A stretch of DNA of 64,000 bases from Hydrolagus colliei (taxonomy: Eukaryota), in the NCBI GenBank assembly GCA_035084275.1, contig CM068774.1, positions 372,001 to 436,000 on the forward strand, given 5' to 3'. Made by a program: the position numbers and the translations under genes. Shown here in pieces: positions 1-13,240 of this stretch. The first letter of the stretch is position 1, and every line of letters begins with the position of its first letter. The notes beneath the pieces are model-generated. The model had not been told where the DNA came from, searched no databases, and saw only the letters and a list, made by a program, of their open reading frames with translations.

Positions 1-3000
1 CCTCAAACACCAACACCAACACCAGTCCCTCACACACCAACACCAGCCCCTCACACACCAACACCAACACCAGTCCCTCACACACCAACAAGAGCCCCTC
101 ACATCCGAACACAAACATCAGCACCTCACACACTGACACCAACCCCTCACACACCGACAACAACCCCTCACACATCAACAAGAGCCCCTCACAGACAAAA
201 ACCAGCCCCTCACACACCAACACCAGTCCCTCACACACCACCACAAACACCAGCCCCTCACACACCAACACCAACACCAGCCCCTCACACACCAACACCA
301 ACCCCTCACACAACAACACCAGCCCCTCACACACCAACACCAGCCCCACACACACCAACACTAGACCATCACACACCAACACCAGCCCCTCACACACCAA
401 CACCAGCCCCTCACACACCGACAACAACCCCTCACACATCAACAATAGCCCCTCACAGACAAAAACCAGCCCCTCACACACCAACACCAGTCCCTCACAC
501 ACCACCACAAACACTAGCCCCTCACACACCAACACCAACACCAGCCCCTCACACACCAACACCAACCCCTCACACACCAACACCAGACCATCACACACCA
601 AAACTAGCACCTCAAACACCAACACCAACACCAGCCCCTCACACACCAACACCAGCCCCTCACACACCAACACCAGACCACCACACACCGACACCAGCCC
701 CTCAAACACCAACACCAACACCAACCCCTCACACACCAACACCAGACCATCACACACCAAAACTAGCACCTCAAACACCAACACCAACACCAGCCCCTCA
801 CACACCAACACCAGCTCCTCACACACCAACACCAACCCTTCGCACACCAACACCAACACCTCACACACCAACACCAGACCATCACCCACCAAAACCAGCC
901 CCTCAAACACCAACACCAACATGAGCCCCTCACACACCAACACCAACACCAGCCCCTCACACACCAACATCAACCCCTCACACACCAACAAGAGCCCCTC
1001 ACATCCGAACACAAACACCAGCACCTCACACACTGACACCAACCCCTCGCACACCAACACCAGCCCCTCACACACCAACACCAGCCCCTCACACACCAAC
1101 ACCAGCCCCTCACACACCAACACCAGCCCCTCATACACCAACACCAGCCGCTCACACACCAACACCAGCCCCTCGCACACCAACACCAACCCCTCACACA
1201 CCAACACCAGACCATCACACACCAAAACCAGCCCCTCATACACCAACACAAACACCAGCCCCTCACACAACAACACCGGACCATCACACACCAAAACTAG
1301 CCCCTCAAACACCAACACCAACACCAGCCCCTCACACACCAACAGTAGCCCCTCACACACCAACACCAGCCCCTCACACACCAACACCAGCCCCTCACAC
1401 ACCAACACTAGACCCTCACACATCAACACTAGACCCTCACACACCAACACCAGCCCCTCACACACCAACAGTAGCCCCTCACACACCAACACCAGCCCCT
1501 CACACACCAACACCAGCCCCTCACACACCAACACCAGCCCCTCACACACCAACACTATACCCTCACACACCAACACCAGCCCCTCACACACCAACACCAG
1601 CCCCTCACACACCAACACCAGCCCCTCACACACCAACACCAGCCCCTCACACACCAACACCAATCCCAGCCCCTTGAACACTGAAACCAGCCCCTTACAC
1701 ACCAACAGCAGACCCTCACACACTGACAGCAGCCCCTTACACGCTGACAGCAGCCCGTCACACACCAAAACCGACACCAGCCCCTCACACACCAAAACCG
1801 ACACCAGCCCCTCACACACCAACACCAGCCCCTCACACACGAACACCAGATCATCACACACCGAAACCAGCCCCTCACACACAAACACCAGCCACACACA
1901 CCAACAACAGCCCCTCACACACCGACACAAGCCCCTCACACACCAACACCACACACAGCAACACCAGTCCGTCACACACCAAAACCCGCCCCTCAAACAC
2001 CAACACCAGCCGCTCACACACCAACACCAGCCCCTCACACACCAACACCACCCCCTCGCACACCAACACCAACCCCTCACACACCAACACCAGCCCCTCA
2101 CACACCAACATCAACACCAGCCCCTCACACACCAACACCAGCCCCTCACACACCAACACCAGATCATCACACACCGAAACCAGCCCCTCACACACAAACA
2201 CCAGCCACACACACCAACAACAGCCCCTCACACACCGACACAAGCCCCTCACACACCAACACCACACACACCAACACCAGTCCATCACACACCAAAACCA
2301 GCCCCTCAAACACCAACACCAGCCACTCACACACCAACACCAGCCCCTCGCACACCAACACCAGCCCCTCACACACCAACACCAGACCATCACACAGCAA
2401 AACCAGCCCCTCAAACACCAACACCAGTCCCTCACACACCAACAACAACACCAGCCCCTCACACACCAACAAGAGCCCCTCACATACGAACACAAACACC
2501 AGCACCTCACACACTGACACCAACCCCTCGCACACCGACAACAACCCCTCACACATCAACAAGAGCCCCTCACAGACAAACACCAGCCCCTCACACACCA
2601 ACACCAGTCCCTCACACACCACCACAAACACCAGCCCCTCACACACCGACACCAGCCCCTCACACACCGACACCAGCCCCTCACACACCGACACCAGCCC
2701 CTCAAACACCAACACCAACACCAGCCCCTCACACACCAACACCAACCCCTCACACACCAACACCAGACCATCACACACCAAAACTAGCCCCTCAAACACC
2801 AACACCAGCCCCTCACACACCAACAGCAGCCCCTCACACACCAACACCAAAACCAACCCCTCGCACACCAACAAGAGCCCCTCACATACCAACACACCAA
2901 CACCAGCCCCTCACACACCAACACCAGATCATCACACACCGAAACCAGCCCCTCACACACAAACACCAGCCACACACACACCAACAACAGCCACACACAC

Positions 3001-3097
3001 ACCAACAACAGCCACCCTCACACACCAACACCAGCCCCTCACACACCAACACCAGCCGCTCACACACCAATACCAACCAGACAGTTCTGAGCTTCAG
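1..3097 (+). CDS. Putative giant mucin-like (PTS, His/Asn-rich) repeat exon, 5' end outside window
   Basis: The 21-bp unit ACCAACACCAGCCCCTCACAC (TNTSPSH) has 18/27-bp variants that keep one frame from base 3 to ~1890 (TCA codons at 3, 99, 231, 495, 861 and 1875 are all in frame). The ORF stays open to unique sequence NQTVLSF followed by CAG|GTAACA, a donor at 3098. No downstream exon was identified. Confidence 0.55.
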
Positions 3098-3184
3098 GTA
3101 ACATCTGTTTCATTCAATTTTGTTGCTTTTGTTATAATAATAACTTTATTTGTAATCCACACACCCATATTTTGTAAAGTCTCT

Positions 3185-3560
3185 TTCTGGCGAACCTTAC
3201 ACTCTAATTACCTGCCCTATCCCCATATCCGCTAATCCCTCTATTTAAAAAAAAATCTATCAGTCTCAGCCTTGAAAATGTTCAGGGACTGAGCATCTAC
3301 AACCTTCTGGGGGAGTGAATTCCATACATTCACTACCCTCTGAGTGAAGAAATGTTTCCTCAACTCTGTTCTAAAAGGCTGACCCTTAATTTTAAGACTG
3401 TGACCCCTGGTTATAGATTCTCTTACCAGGGGAAACAGTCCCTCAGTGTCTACTTTATCCAGCCCTTTAAGAATCTTATATGTTTCAATAAGTTCCCCCT
3501 TAATTCTTCTGTACTCTAGAGAATACAGCCCTTTTTTTCAACCTATCCTTATACATCAGT
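3185..3560 (-). mobile_element. CR1 LINE 3' fragment
   Basis: Matches the RT C-terminal/3' region of the other CR1 copies here (ttaattcttctgtactctagagaatacagccc). Confidence 0.7.
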
Positions 3561-3825
3561 CCCCAATAAAGCATGTGTTCATTCTAAGATTTCGTTGACA
3601 TCATATCAACTGCACATAAGAAGCACAAAATGTATTTATTGCAATTCGTACATGTTACAATGATTTGACCCATTTGTGCTGGAGAGACAATGCATCAATT
3701 GCCTGAACACTCAATCTCTCGTCTGCTCTGTTCTTCATGCGACAGCTGCCCATCTTTACACTACTCTATACGTGCAATTGCAGTTTACCTCAAGCACAAC
3801 CTGAGCACAACTCAAGCACTACAGA

Positions 3826-4045
3826 GTACTCTGTATTCTGGAGAATACAGCCCTAGTGTATTCAACCTATCCTCATAGGTCAGTCCCCTCATCCCAGGAA
3901 CTAACCTAGTGAATCTATGCTGCGCTCCCTCTAAGGCATGTCCTTTATTAAATAAGCACACAATACTCCAGGTGAGGTCTCACCAAGGCCCTACACAGTT
4001 GCAGCAAGACTTCCCCACTCTTATACTCTAAACCCAGAATAAACT
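3826..4045 (-). mobile_element. CR1 LINE 3' fragment
   Basis: Encodes YKSGEVLLQLCRALVRPHLEYCV, the CR1 RT C-terminus, with small deletions. Confidence 0.75.
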
Positions 4046-4049
4046 GGGA

Positions 4050-5815
4050 GACTAGACTGAAGGATTTGACAGTAGACCAGCAATGGCGGACATTCAAGGA
4101 GATAGTGCAAAATTCCCAACGAGCACATATTCCTTTGAGGAATAAGAACGCCATGGGAAAGGTGGTTCAGCCGTGGCTAACTAGAGCAGTTAGGGAAAGT
4201 ATCAAATCAAAAGAAAAAACCTATAAAACAGCGAGGATGAGTAGTAAACCCGAGGATTGGGAGAACTTTAGGGAACAACAGAGGAGGACCAAAAAATTTA
4301 TCAAAAGGGAGAAAATAGATTAAGAGGGCAAACTAGCAAAGAACATAAAAACAGACTGCAAGAGTTTTTATAAATATATTAAGAGGAAACGGCTAGTGAG
4401 GGTGAATGTGGGTCGATTACAGGCAGAGACCGGGGGAATTATAATAGGGGACAAAGACATGGCAGAGTCATTAAACAAGTATTTTTCTACAGTCTTCACC
4501 ATAGAAGAAACTGGAAACATACCAAAAATAGAGGGGAATCAAGAAGACAATGTTAGCGAACAACTTAGGGAGATTAACATTAGTAAAGAGATGGTTCTAG
4601 GTAAATTGTCGGGTCTTAAAACCGATAAATCCCCTGGACCGGATGGCCTGCATCCTGGAGTTTTAAAGGAGGTGGCTACTGAGATAGTGGATGGCATGTC
4701 TATAATCTTCCAAAATTCTGTGGATACTGGAAAAGTCCCCATTGACTGGAAAATTGCAAATGTAACTCCAGTATTTAAGAAGGGTGGGAGAGAAAATATG
4801 AGAAACTATAGACAGTTAGTCTGACGTCAGTTGTAGGGAAAATTCTTGAGTCCTTAATAAAAGATGTAGTTATGGGATACCTTGAAGACCATAATAAGAT
4901 TAGGCAGAGTCAACATGGCTTTACAAAAGGGAAGTCATGCTTGACTAATCGTTTAGAGTTTTTTGAGGATGTATCCAGCAGGTTGGATAAGGGGGAACCA
5001 GTAGATGTGGTATATTTGGATTTTAGGAAGGCATTTGACAAGGTGCCACACAAAAGGCTGTTACTCAAGATTAAGGCCCACGGGATTAATGGGAACATAT
5101 TAACATGGATAGAAGAGTGGCTATCGGGTAGAAAGCAGAGAGTAGCGATAAACGGATCATTCTCGAATTGTCAGGATGTGACTAGTGGAGAGCCACGAGG
5201 ATCAGTGCCTGGGCCTCAGCTATTTACTATTTACATCAATGATCTGGATGAGAACATTGAATGTAACGTGTCTAAATTCGTGGATGACACTAAACTAGGC
5301 AGCAGAGTGAGCTCTGAGGATGATGCAAAAAGATTACAACAAGATATAGATAGGCTAGGTGAGTGGGCAAGTAGGTGGCAGATGGAATTCAATGTTAGCA
5401 AGTGTGAAATTATTCACCTAGGTAGCAAGAATAAAAGAATAGATTATTTTCTTGAGGGGGAGAAGTTAGATAGTGTTAGTACTCAAAGGGATTTGGGTGT
5501 CCTTGTACACCAGTCCCAAAAAGTTAGTTTGCAGGTGCAGCAAGCAACTAAGAAAGGGAACGGCATGCTAGCATTCATTTCAAAAGGTTTAGAGTATAAG
5601 AGTAGGGAAGTCTTGCTGCAACTGTATAGGGCTCTGGTGAGACGCACCTAGAGTATTGTGTGCAGGTTTGGTCTCCTTATTTAATAAAGGACATACTTGC
5701 CTTAGAGGGGGTGCAGGGTAGATTCACGAGGTTAGTTCCTGGGATGAGGGGACTGACCTATGAGGATAGGTTGAATAAACTAGGGCTGTATTCTCTAGAG
5801 TACAGAAGAATTAGG
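4050..5815 (+). mobile_element. CR1 LINE, 5'-truncated, frameshifted ORF2 (RT)
   Basis: ORFs 4066, 4396, 4872 and 5660 carry KSPGPDGLHP, QHGFTKGKSCLTN, VYLDFRKAFDKVPH and KFVDDTKL. Confidence 0.95.
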
Positions 5816-5829
5816 GTGGGGGGTGAGGG

Positions 5830-5975
5830 GGAAGGAGAGTGGGAGCTGGGGGAGAGTTAGTGGGGGTCGAAGAGGAAGGTCTTGAGATCGTCCTTGAAGG
5901 AGGAAAGAGAGGAAGCGACGCGGAGGGGCTGCGGGATGGAGTTCCACAGTGTGGGAGCAGAGAGGCTAAAACATT
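5830..5975 (-). mobile_element. L2 LINE 3' fragment
   Basis: Similar to the L2 3' ends at 28750-28950 and 49200-49380. Confidence 0.6.
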
Positions 5976-5977
5976 GG

Positions 5978-8900
5978 TATCATAGAATCATAGAATTTTA
6001 CGGCACAAAAGGAGGCCATTCGGCCCATCTAGTCTGTGCTGGCTCTTTGAAAAGAGCGATTCAATCCCACTGCCCTGCCCGCTCCCCATAGCCTAATAGA
6101 CCTGTTCTCCCTAAATAAAGATCTAATTCCCTTTTAAAAGTTGTTATCGAATCAGCCTCCACCACCTTTTCAGGCAATGCATTCCAGATTCGAACAACTC
6201 GCTGAGTGAAAAAATTTCTCCTCAGCTCCCCTCTACTGTGCCTTGAAACTATTTTAAATCTGTGACCACGAGTCACAGATTCACCCACGAGTGGAAATAG
6301 TTTTTCTCTATTTGCCCTGTCGAAACCCCTCATGATCTTATAAACCTCTATTAGGTCTCCCCTCAATCTTCTCTGCTCCAGAGAGAATAACCCTAGCCTA
6401 TCTAGCCTCTCCTCATAGCTGAAGTCCCTCAATCCTGGCACCATCCTAGTAAATCTTCGTTGTACCCTTTCCAATGCCTTCACATCCTTTCGGTAGTGTG
6501 GTGACCAGAATTGAACACAGTATTCCAGCTGAGGCCTCACCAAAGTCCTATAGAGGTTAGTCAGCACTTCCTGACTTTTGTACTCTATACCCCTATTTAT
6601 AAAGCCTAGTATCCCATATGCCTTCTTAACAGCCTTGTCTACCTGTCCTGCCACCTTCAACGAGTCACTAACACAAATCCCCAGGTCTCTCTGTTCCTTC
6701 ACACCATTTAAAATTGTACTATCTAGCCTATATTGCCTCCCTTCATTTCTTCTCCCAAAATGCATCACCTCACACTTCTCTGCATTAAACTTCATGTGTC
6801 TCCCCACTTTACCAATTTGTCTATATCCTCTTGCAGATGGCTACTATCCTCCTCACTGTTTACTATTCTCCCTAACTTAGTGTCATCTGCAAACTTGGAA
6901 ACTGTACTCCGTACACCCAAGTCCAGATCATTGATGTAGATTACAAACAGCAATGGTCCCAAAACCGATCCCTGTGGCACACCACTGCTCACTTCCCTCC
7001 AATCTGAAAAACAGCCGCTCACTACAACTCTCTGCTTTCTGTCTCGCAGCCAGTTGTGGATCCACGCTGCCACTGTCCCTTTTACGCCATGGGCCTTTAA
7101 TTTCATAATAAGTCTCTCATGTGGCACTTTGTCAAATGCCTTTTGAAAGTCCATGTAAACTACATCAACTGCGCTACCATTATCCACCCATTCCGTTACC
7201 TCATGAAAAAATTCTATCAGATTTGTAAGGCAAGATTTGCCTTTAACAAATCCATGTTGACTGTCCTTTATTAGCCTATATCTTTCTAAATGAAGATCTA
7301 CCTTGTCCCTGATTATGGACTCTAGAAGTTTGCCCACTACCGACGTTAGACTGACTGGTCTGTAGTTACCAGGCTTGTCCTTCTGCCCCTTTTTATACAA
7401 GGGAGTAACATTAGCTATCCTCCAGTCCTCTGGCACGACCCCTGTGTCCAAGGAAGATTGAAAGATCGTGGCCAGAGTCCCTGCTATTTGCTCCCGTGCC
7501 TCACTTAGTAACCTAGGGTGCATCCCATCCGGACCAGGTGACTTATCCACCTTGAGCGACGTCAACCTTTTTAGCACTTCCTCTCTGGTTATAATTATTC
7601 TATCCATTTCTCCTACCCTCTCCTCTAATACCATGGCATTGGCTGTATCATTTTCTTTTGTGAAGACAGAGGCGAAGTACTCATTCAGTACATCAGCCAT
7701 GCCCTCTGCCTCCACAATGAGATTTCCTCCTAGGTCCCTAATTGGCCCCACCCTCTCCTTGACCAACCTTTTACTCTTAATATGTTGGTAAAAAACCTTA
7801 GGGTTCCCCTTAATCTTACTCGCTAATTGTTTTTCATGCAGTCTCTTTGCCCCTCTAACTTCCTTTTTTAGTTCTATCCTACACTTCCTATATTCTGCTT
7901 TGTTCCCTTCTGAATTTTGAGCCTGACACTTATCATAAGCCTCTTTTTTTTGTTTTATTTTGGCCCCGATTTCCTTAGTCATCCAGGGAGGTTTGGATGC
8001 CTTACATTTCACCTTTGTGGGGATGCTTTTGACCTGTGCCTGAACTATCTCCTCTTTGAACGCTGCCCACTGCTCGTTAGTTGTCTTACCTGCCAATTTT
8101 TCTTTCCAATCCACCTTGGCTAGGTCCCACCTCAACTCATTGAAATTAGCCCTTTTCCAGTTGAGTGTCCTCACCTGTGATCGTTCCTTATCCCTTTCCA
8201 TAATTATTCTGAATCTAACGATATTGTGGTCACTATTCCCTAGATGCTCACCAACAGAAACCTGTTGAACTTGCCCTACCTCATTTCCCAAAACTAGATC
8301 CAGCAATGCTTCTTTCCTCGTTGGACTGGAAACATACTGATCAAGAAAGTTGTCCTGCACACACTTCAGGAATTCTTCTCCCTCCTTGCCCTTTACTCTA
8401 CTATTCTGCCAGTCTATGTTGGGATAGTTGAAGTCACCCATTATCACTACTCTATTAGTTCTGCATTTCTCCATGATACGCTTGCAGATCTGCTTGTCTA
8501 TCTCCTCCCCACTATTTGGTGGTCTATAGTATACCCCTAACAGTGTAACTGCACCTTTTTTATTCCTCATTTCTAACCAGATAGATTCGGTTTTTAGTCC
8601 TTCTTCCACCTCGTTCCTTTCTAAAGCAGTCACTGAGTCCTTAACTAAAATTGCCACCCCGCCCCCTTTTCTCCCTTCTCTATCCCTCCTGAATACATTA
8701 TAACCAGGAATGTTCAACTCCCATTCCTGCCCATGCTGGAGCCAAGTCTCTGTTACTGCTATAACATCATATCACCTCGCAGCAACCTGAGCCTGCAGCT
8801 CACCAATTTTATTTCTCAAACTTCGTGCATTTACATACATGCACTCTAAGGCACAAATTACTTCCTCTGCATTTTTCTCCCGTCTTACCTTTACCCCTGT

Positions 8901-9835
8901 CCTCTTTATTACCCCTCCCGTATTTGAACTACTGATCAGTTTCCCACCCTCACCCCCCCCGGGATTAGTTTAAAGCCCCCCCCACAAAACTCAACAACCT
9001 CCCTGCAAGGAGATTGGTTCCAGCCCTGTTCAGGTGTAACCCATCCATTTTGTACAGGTTCCACCTACCCCAGAATTGGTCCCAATGGTCTAGGAACCAG
9101 AAACCCTCCTTCCTACACCACTTCTCCAGCCATGCATTGATGTGCCTTATTCTAGCATTCTGGAACTGGCTTGCTCGAGGCACTGGAAGCAACCCAGAGA
9201 TCACCACTCTCGAAGTTCCACTTTTTAGTTTACTCCCTAGTCTCTGGTACTCTCCCTGGAGCATCACAGGTCTTTTCCTCTCAACTTCATGGGTCCCAAC
9301 ATGGACCACCACAAGTGGATTTTCCCCTTCCCCTAGCAGAATTTCCTGGACCCGCTCAGTCAAGTCTTCAACCCTGGCACCTGGTAGGCAACACACCTTC
9401 CGAGATTCGCGTTTCCGTTCACAAAAACGCCTATCTATACCTCGGACAGTTGTATCTCCTATTAAAATGGTCTTGATGGAGTTGGTTTGTCCAACCTTCT
9501 CACAGACCTCCTTATCCAAACAGGTTGAAAGTACTTCATACCTGTTGGAAATGGTTACAGTCTGGGGTTTCTCTGCACCAGTCTTGTGGTTCCGCACACC
9601 CGGTCGTCTGACTGTCACCCAGTCCTGACCGTGGCTGGCAACAGCGCACTCTTGTTCCCTAGGCCTTGGTGGAGTGTCAGGCTCTAGGATGAAACTATCT
9701 AAGAAGCTCTCCCCTTCCCTGATGCACCGCAATGTCTCCACCTGATACTCCAGCTCAGCTATTCTAAGCTGGAGCTTCCTCAGGTGCAGACATTTGCTGC
9801 ACTGGAGGCGGTATGTCTCACACCGCCTCCACTTC
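5978..9835 (-). mobile_element. Near full-length young CR1 LINE: ORF1 (SGNH esterase) plus ORF2 (APE endonuclease-RT)
   Basis: ORF 8965-9741 has esterase motifs (IGDTTVRG, VVHVGT, DGLHLN). ORF 6792-8717 has APE motifs (MGDFNYP, LDLVL, SDH) and RT motifs (FADDTK). ORF2 is frameshifted by a ~7-nt deletion near 6795. The tail is (atagaatc)n at 5978-5999. Confidence 0.97.
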
Positions 9836-9984
9836 CTCTCCAGAAACAGTTTCTCTAGAATTTTTTTAAATTATTATTATTATTGACAATGAGTGATTGA
9901 GAAGACGTGAAAAGCAGTTCATCACGTATAAGGATTGTTGTGATGTTATTATTATTCTTTTTATTGACAGTGGGTTAGTATTAG

Positions 9985-10265
9985 TCCCTGTAGCTCAGTA
10001 GCTAGAGCACCTTACAAGCGAGAGTTGAGTGTTCGAATCTTGGCAGGTCAGGTCAGGGCGAAACCTTGGGCAAGTTTCCTTACTCGACACACACACACAC
10101 ACACACACTCCTGATAATAATCCCTCAAATAAAACAATAATAAATTGGTGATTTGAACCCCACGGCTGTCTGTGTGTGGGGATGCCGCTGTGCGTAATTT
10201 GCTGCCGGCGTTTTGCCCGTAACATATACATAGGCTATATATATCTCTATATAAAATAAATAAAA
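9985..10265 (+). mobile_element. tRNA-derived SINE with Deu-like core
   Basis: A-box tagctcagtagctagagc, B-box gttcgaatc and core gctgtgcgtaatttgctgccg; same family as 12930-13240. Confidence 0.75.
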
Positions 10266-10444
10266 TCAAATGAAATCAAATTTTAAAAATACTAGCTCTC
10301 GACGAACTTGCCACAGAACTTGTTGGAATCTCTTTCCCCCTGTCAGCGCGCGGCGGTGGCCTTTTTGAGCGGGAAGGGCTCGCGCCTCCCACCTCATGTT
10401 TTCGGATCGCGGAGCCATCAGTGCGCAGGCGCGGTCAGGTGGGG

Positions 10445-10595
10445 AGGTGCGGGGAGCTATTAGTTTTGAGGGGAGCAGGGACTGATCCTGTGCAGAGGGA
10501 CCGATTGATGATGTCAGCCAGCAGTGGACAGAGGAGGGGGAGCTGGGTGAGCATCAGGGGGTCGAGACAGCAGGTGGTGGGCTTCATTGAGTTTA
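10445..10595 (-). mobile_element. L2 LINE ORF2 fragment
   Basis: Nearly colinear with L2 30120-30265 (PLLADIINQSL motif). Confidence 0.75.
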
Positions 10596-10740
10596 GTGTG
10601 TGATAGGGAGCCAGTGGAGCCTGGTGAGGGCTGAAGAGATGGGGGGAGAGATTTTAGTGGGTGATAGGGATTCAGTGAGCCTGGTAAGGGCTGGGGTGAT
10701 GGGGGAGAGAGTTTATAGGGATTCAGTGGAGCCTGGTTAG

Positions 10741-11400
10741 TGTTATATTCGAGATTTAAAAGAGAGACCGTGGAGAGCTCGACTTTCATGTAAGACGACT
10801 TTTATTAAGATAGCTACTTTCCATGTCATTCCATGTGCTACAACAGTGGCCACGAGAGGGCGCTATAACCGTTACATCTACACAGAAGGGCACAGTGATT
10901 AGCATAATCCTACATCTCCCCCCAAGTACAGACAGGTGAACTTTAACATCACTTATAAATGAAGGAGATCAGGAGGTTTCACTTCACGTCCAGAACGTGT
11001 TGTCATCACAGCTGGTGGTTGAACACTCGGTGTTTGTGACGCTGAAGACTCTGAGGCGAAGTTGTGTCTGTTCAGTTACATCAGAAGGTGTAGTTGGTGG
11101 AGGTTCCAGTCGTGGTATTTTAGGTGGTGTGCTAACCAGGGCAGATGGTATTTTAGGTGGTGTGCTAACCAGGGCAGATGGTATTTTAGGTGGTGTGCTA
11201 ACCAGGGCAGATGGTATTTTAGGTGGTGTGCTAACCAGGGCAGAACTGTGATGTCTGATGTAGGATCGTGGGTTGGAAGTTTGGTTGAGGACAGTTCTGT
11301 GGTGGTCCTGGTCTCAGTTCCAAACAGTCACAGGGACGGAGCTCTGGCAAATCTCTAGCGCGGTGACGAAGGTTGAAGTTTTGTTGCTGGTGTTAGAATA
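10741..11400 (-). mobile_element. Gypsy-type LTR retrotransposon 3' remnant (integrase tail, PPT, 174-bp LTR)
   Basis: The minus strand encodes TRSGREVKPPDLLHL*, followed by PPT ttgggggaga (10915-10925) and an LTR TG...CA at 10914 to 10741 containing AATAAA. Confidence 0.75.
11113..11244 (-). repeat. 33-bp tandem repeat x4 (SALVSTPPKIP on minus strand)
   Basis: Four copies of tggtattttaggtggtgtgctaaccagggcaga. Confidence 0.95.
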
Positions 11401-12929
11401 TGCGAATACACCAGAAAAGTTAAGGTGGGAAAATTTGCATACCAAGGGGTTGACTCATTGAAATACCAGAGCTTGCAATCGAGATAAGGAAGTGACCAAT
11501 GAGCGAGCAAGGATTAGATGCAAACGAGGGATCGACATTGTGAGCCTATCACGCGACTTACAAACTTCTGTTGCAAATGTCACAATCTGGTTAGTTAAGC
11601 TTGTGTATATAAGAGAGCAGCCAAATGTAGTAAATTGGTCGACTCCAGGCGTATAGGGGATGGAGCGCTGAAAACGAGAAGATTGCAGGCATCGCGATCA
11701 CCCGGCTCAAGAGGAACTGGCAGTATAGCTACCAGGCGGGCAGGGGATTGAGCGCAGACACCAATAGATTGCAAGAATCTAAGCACAACGAACTCCCATC
11801 TGAGAGGAACTGGTAATATAACTCTGAATAGTTGGTGCATGTCTAATATAACTCTGTATGTCCAGTATAACTGTATAATCTGTGTACGTCGGTGTGTAAC
11901 TATAACAGTATCTTTCAATGAACTTGACTCTGAACCAATAAGGTATCAAAGAATCAAATCTGCTTTATTAAAAATTGTTAGTGAAGGCAGTGGAGTCTGG
12001 CGTGGCCTGGGGAGATGCAGGGAGACAGTTTAGCATGTGGTAGGGAGCCAGGGATGCCTGGTGAGGGCTGTGGTAATGGAGAAAGAGAGTTTAGTGAGTG
12101 ATAGGGATTCAGGGGAGCCTGGCGAGGGCTGGTTTGATGGGGGTAGAGAGTTTAGTGTGTGATAGGGAGCCAGTGGAGCCTCGAGAGGCTTGGATTGATG
12201 GGCGGATACAGTTTAGTGTGTGGTAGAGAGCCAGTGGAGCCTGGCGAGGTAGATTGGGGGAAGAGAGTTTAATGAAAGATAGGGAGTCAATGGACCCTGG
12301 CAATGGTTGGTTGATGGGAGAGAAAGTTTAGTGTTTAGTGGAGAGACAGTGAAGCCTGACGACGGCTGGTTGATGGGGGGGAGAAATTTAGTATGTGGTA
12401 GGGAGCCAGTGGAGCCTGGTGAGGGCTGGTGTGATCAGGGGAGAGAGATTAGTGTGTGATAGGGAGCCAGTGGAGCCTGGCGAGGGCTAGGGAGATGGGG
12501 GAAGACAGTTTAGTGCGTGTTTTGGAGTTAGTGGTGCCTGGCGAGGGCTGGGATAATAGGGTGAGAGAGTTTAGTGTGTGATAGGGAGCCAGTGGAGCCA
12601 AGCGGGGGCTGGGGCGATGAAAGGGAGAGAGTTTAGTGTGTGATAGAGAGCCAGTGGAGCCTTGCGAGTGTTGGGGATTTAGGGGGAGAGAGTTTAGTGT
12701 GCAGTAGGGAGCCTGTGGAGCCTGGTGAGGGCTGGGTTGATGGGGGCAGATGTTAGTATGTTGTAAGGAGCCCGTGATACCTGGCGAGGCCTGGGCTGAT
12801 GGGGTGAGAGAGTTTAGTGTGTAGTAGAGAGCCAGGGGAGCCTGGAGTGAGATGGGGGGAGAGAGTTTAGAGTGTGGTAGGGAGCCATTGGAGCCTGGCG
12901 AGGGCTGTCGAGATGGTGGGGGAGAGAAT

Positions 12930-13240
12930 TCCTGTGGCTCAGTGGTTAGAGCACTGGTCTTGCAGCTGGGGAGACCTGTGTTCGAATCCAGGCAGGTCAG
13001 GGGGCAAGTTTCCTTACTCCACACGCCTAATAATAATCCCTCAAAAAAACCACAATAATAAAATTGGTCATTTCAATCCATGACTGTGTGGGGTGGGGGG
13101 GACACTGCTGTGCGCAATTGGCTGCTGTAATTCGCCCACAAATACACAGTCAATTCACTTTATAGTATATTATGTGAAGCACTTCGGGACGTCGCTAAGA
13201 TGTGAAAAGCGCTGTATCAAATACAAGGATTATTATTATT
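12930..13240 (+). mobile_element. Full-length tRNA-derived SINE with Deu-like core and L2-type tail
   Basis: A-box tggctcagtggttagagc, B-box gttcgaatcc, core gctgtgcgcaattggctgc and a (att)n tail. Confidence 0.85.

Noticed and set aside
763-3076. Cys/Trp-rich minus-strand ORFs ([14 protein letters not shown] repeats)
   Set aside because: Antisense readings of the mucin-like repeat. They are fragmented by stops and have no splice or start context.
9985-10060. tRNA gene (also 12930-12998)
   Set aside because: A and B boxes are present but the stems are degraded and the sequence continues into a SINE core and tail.
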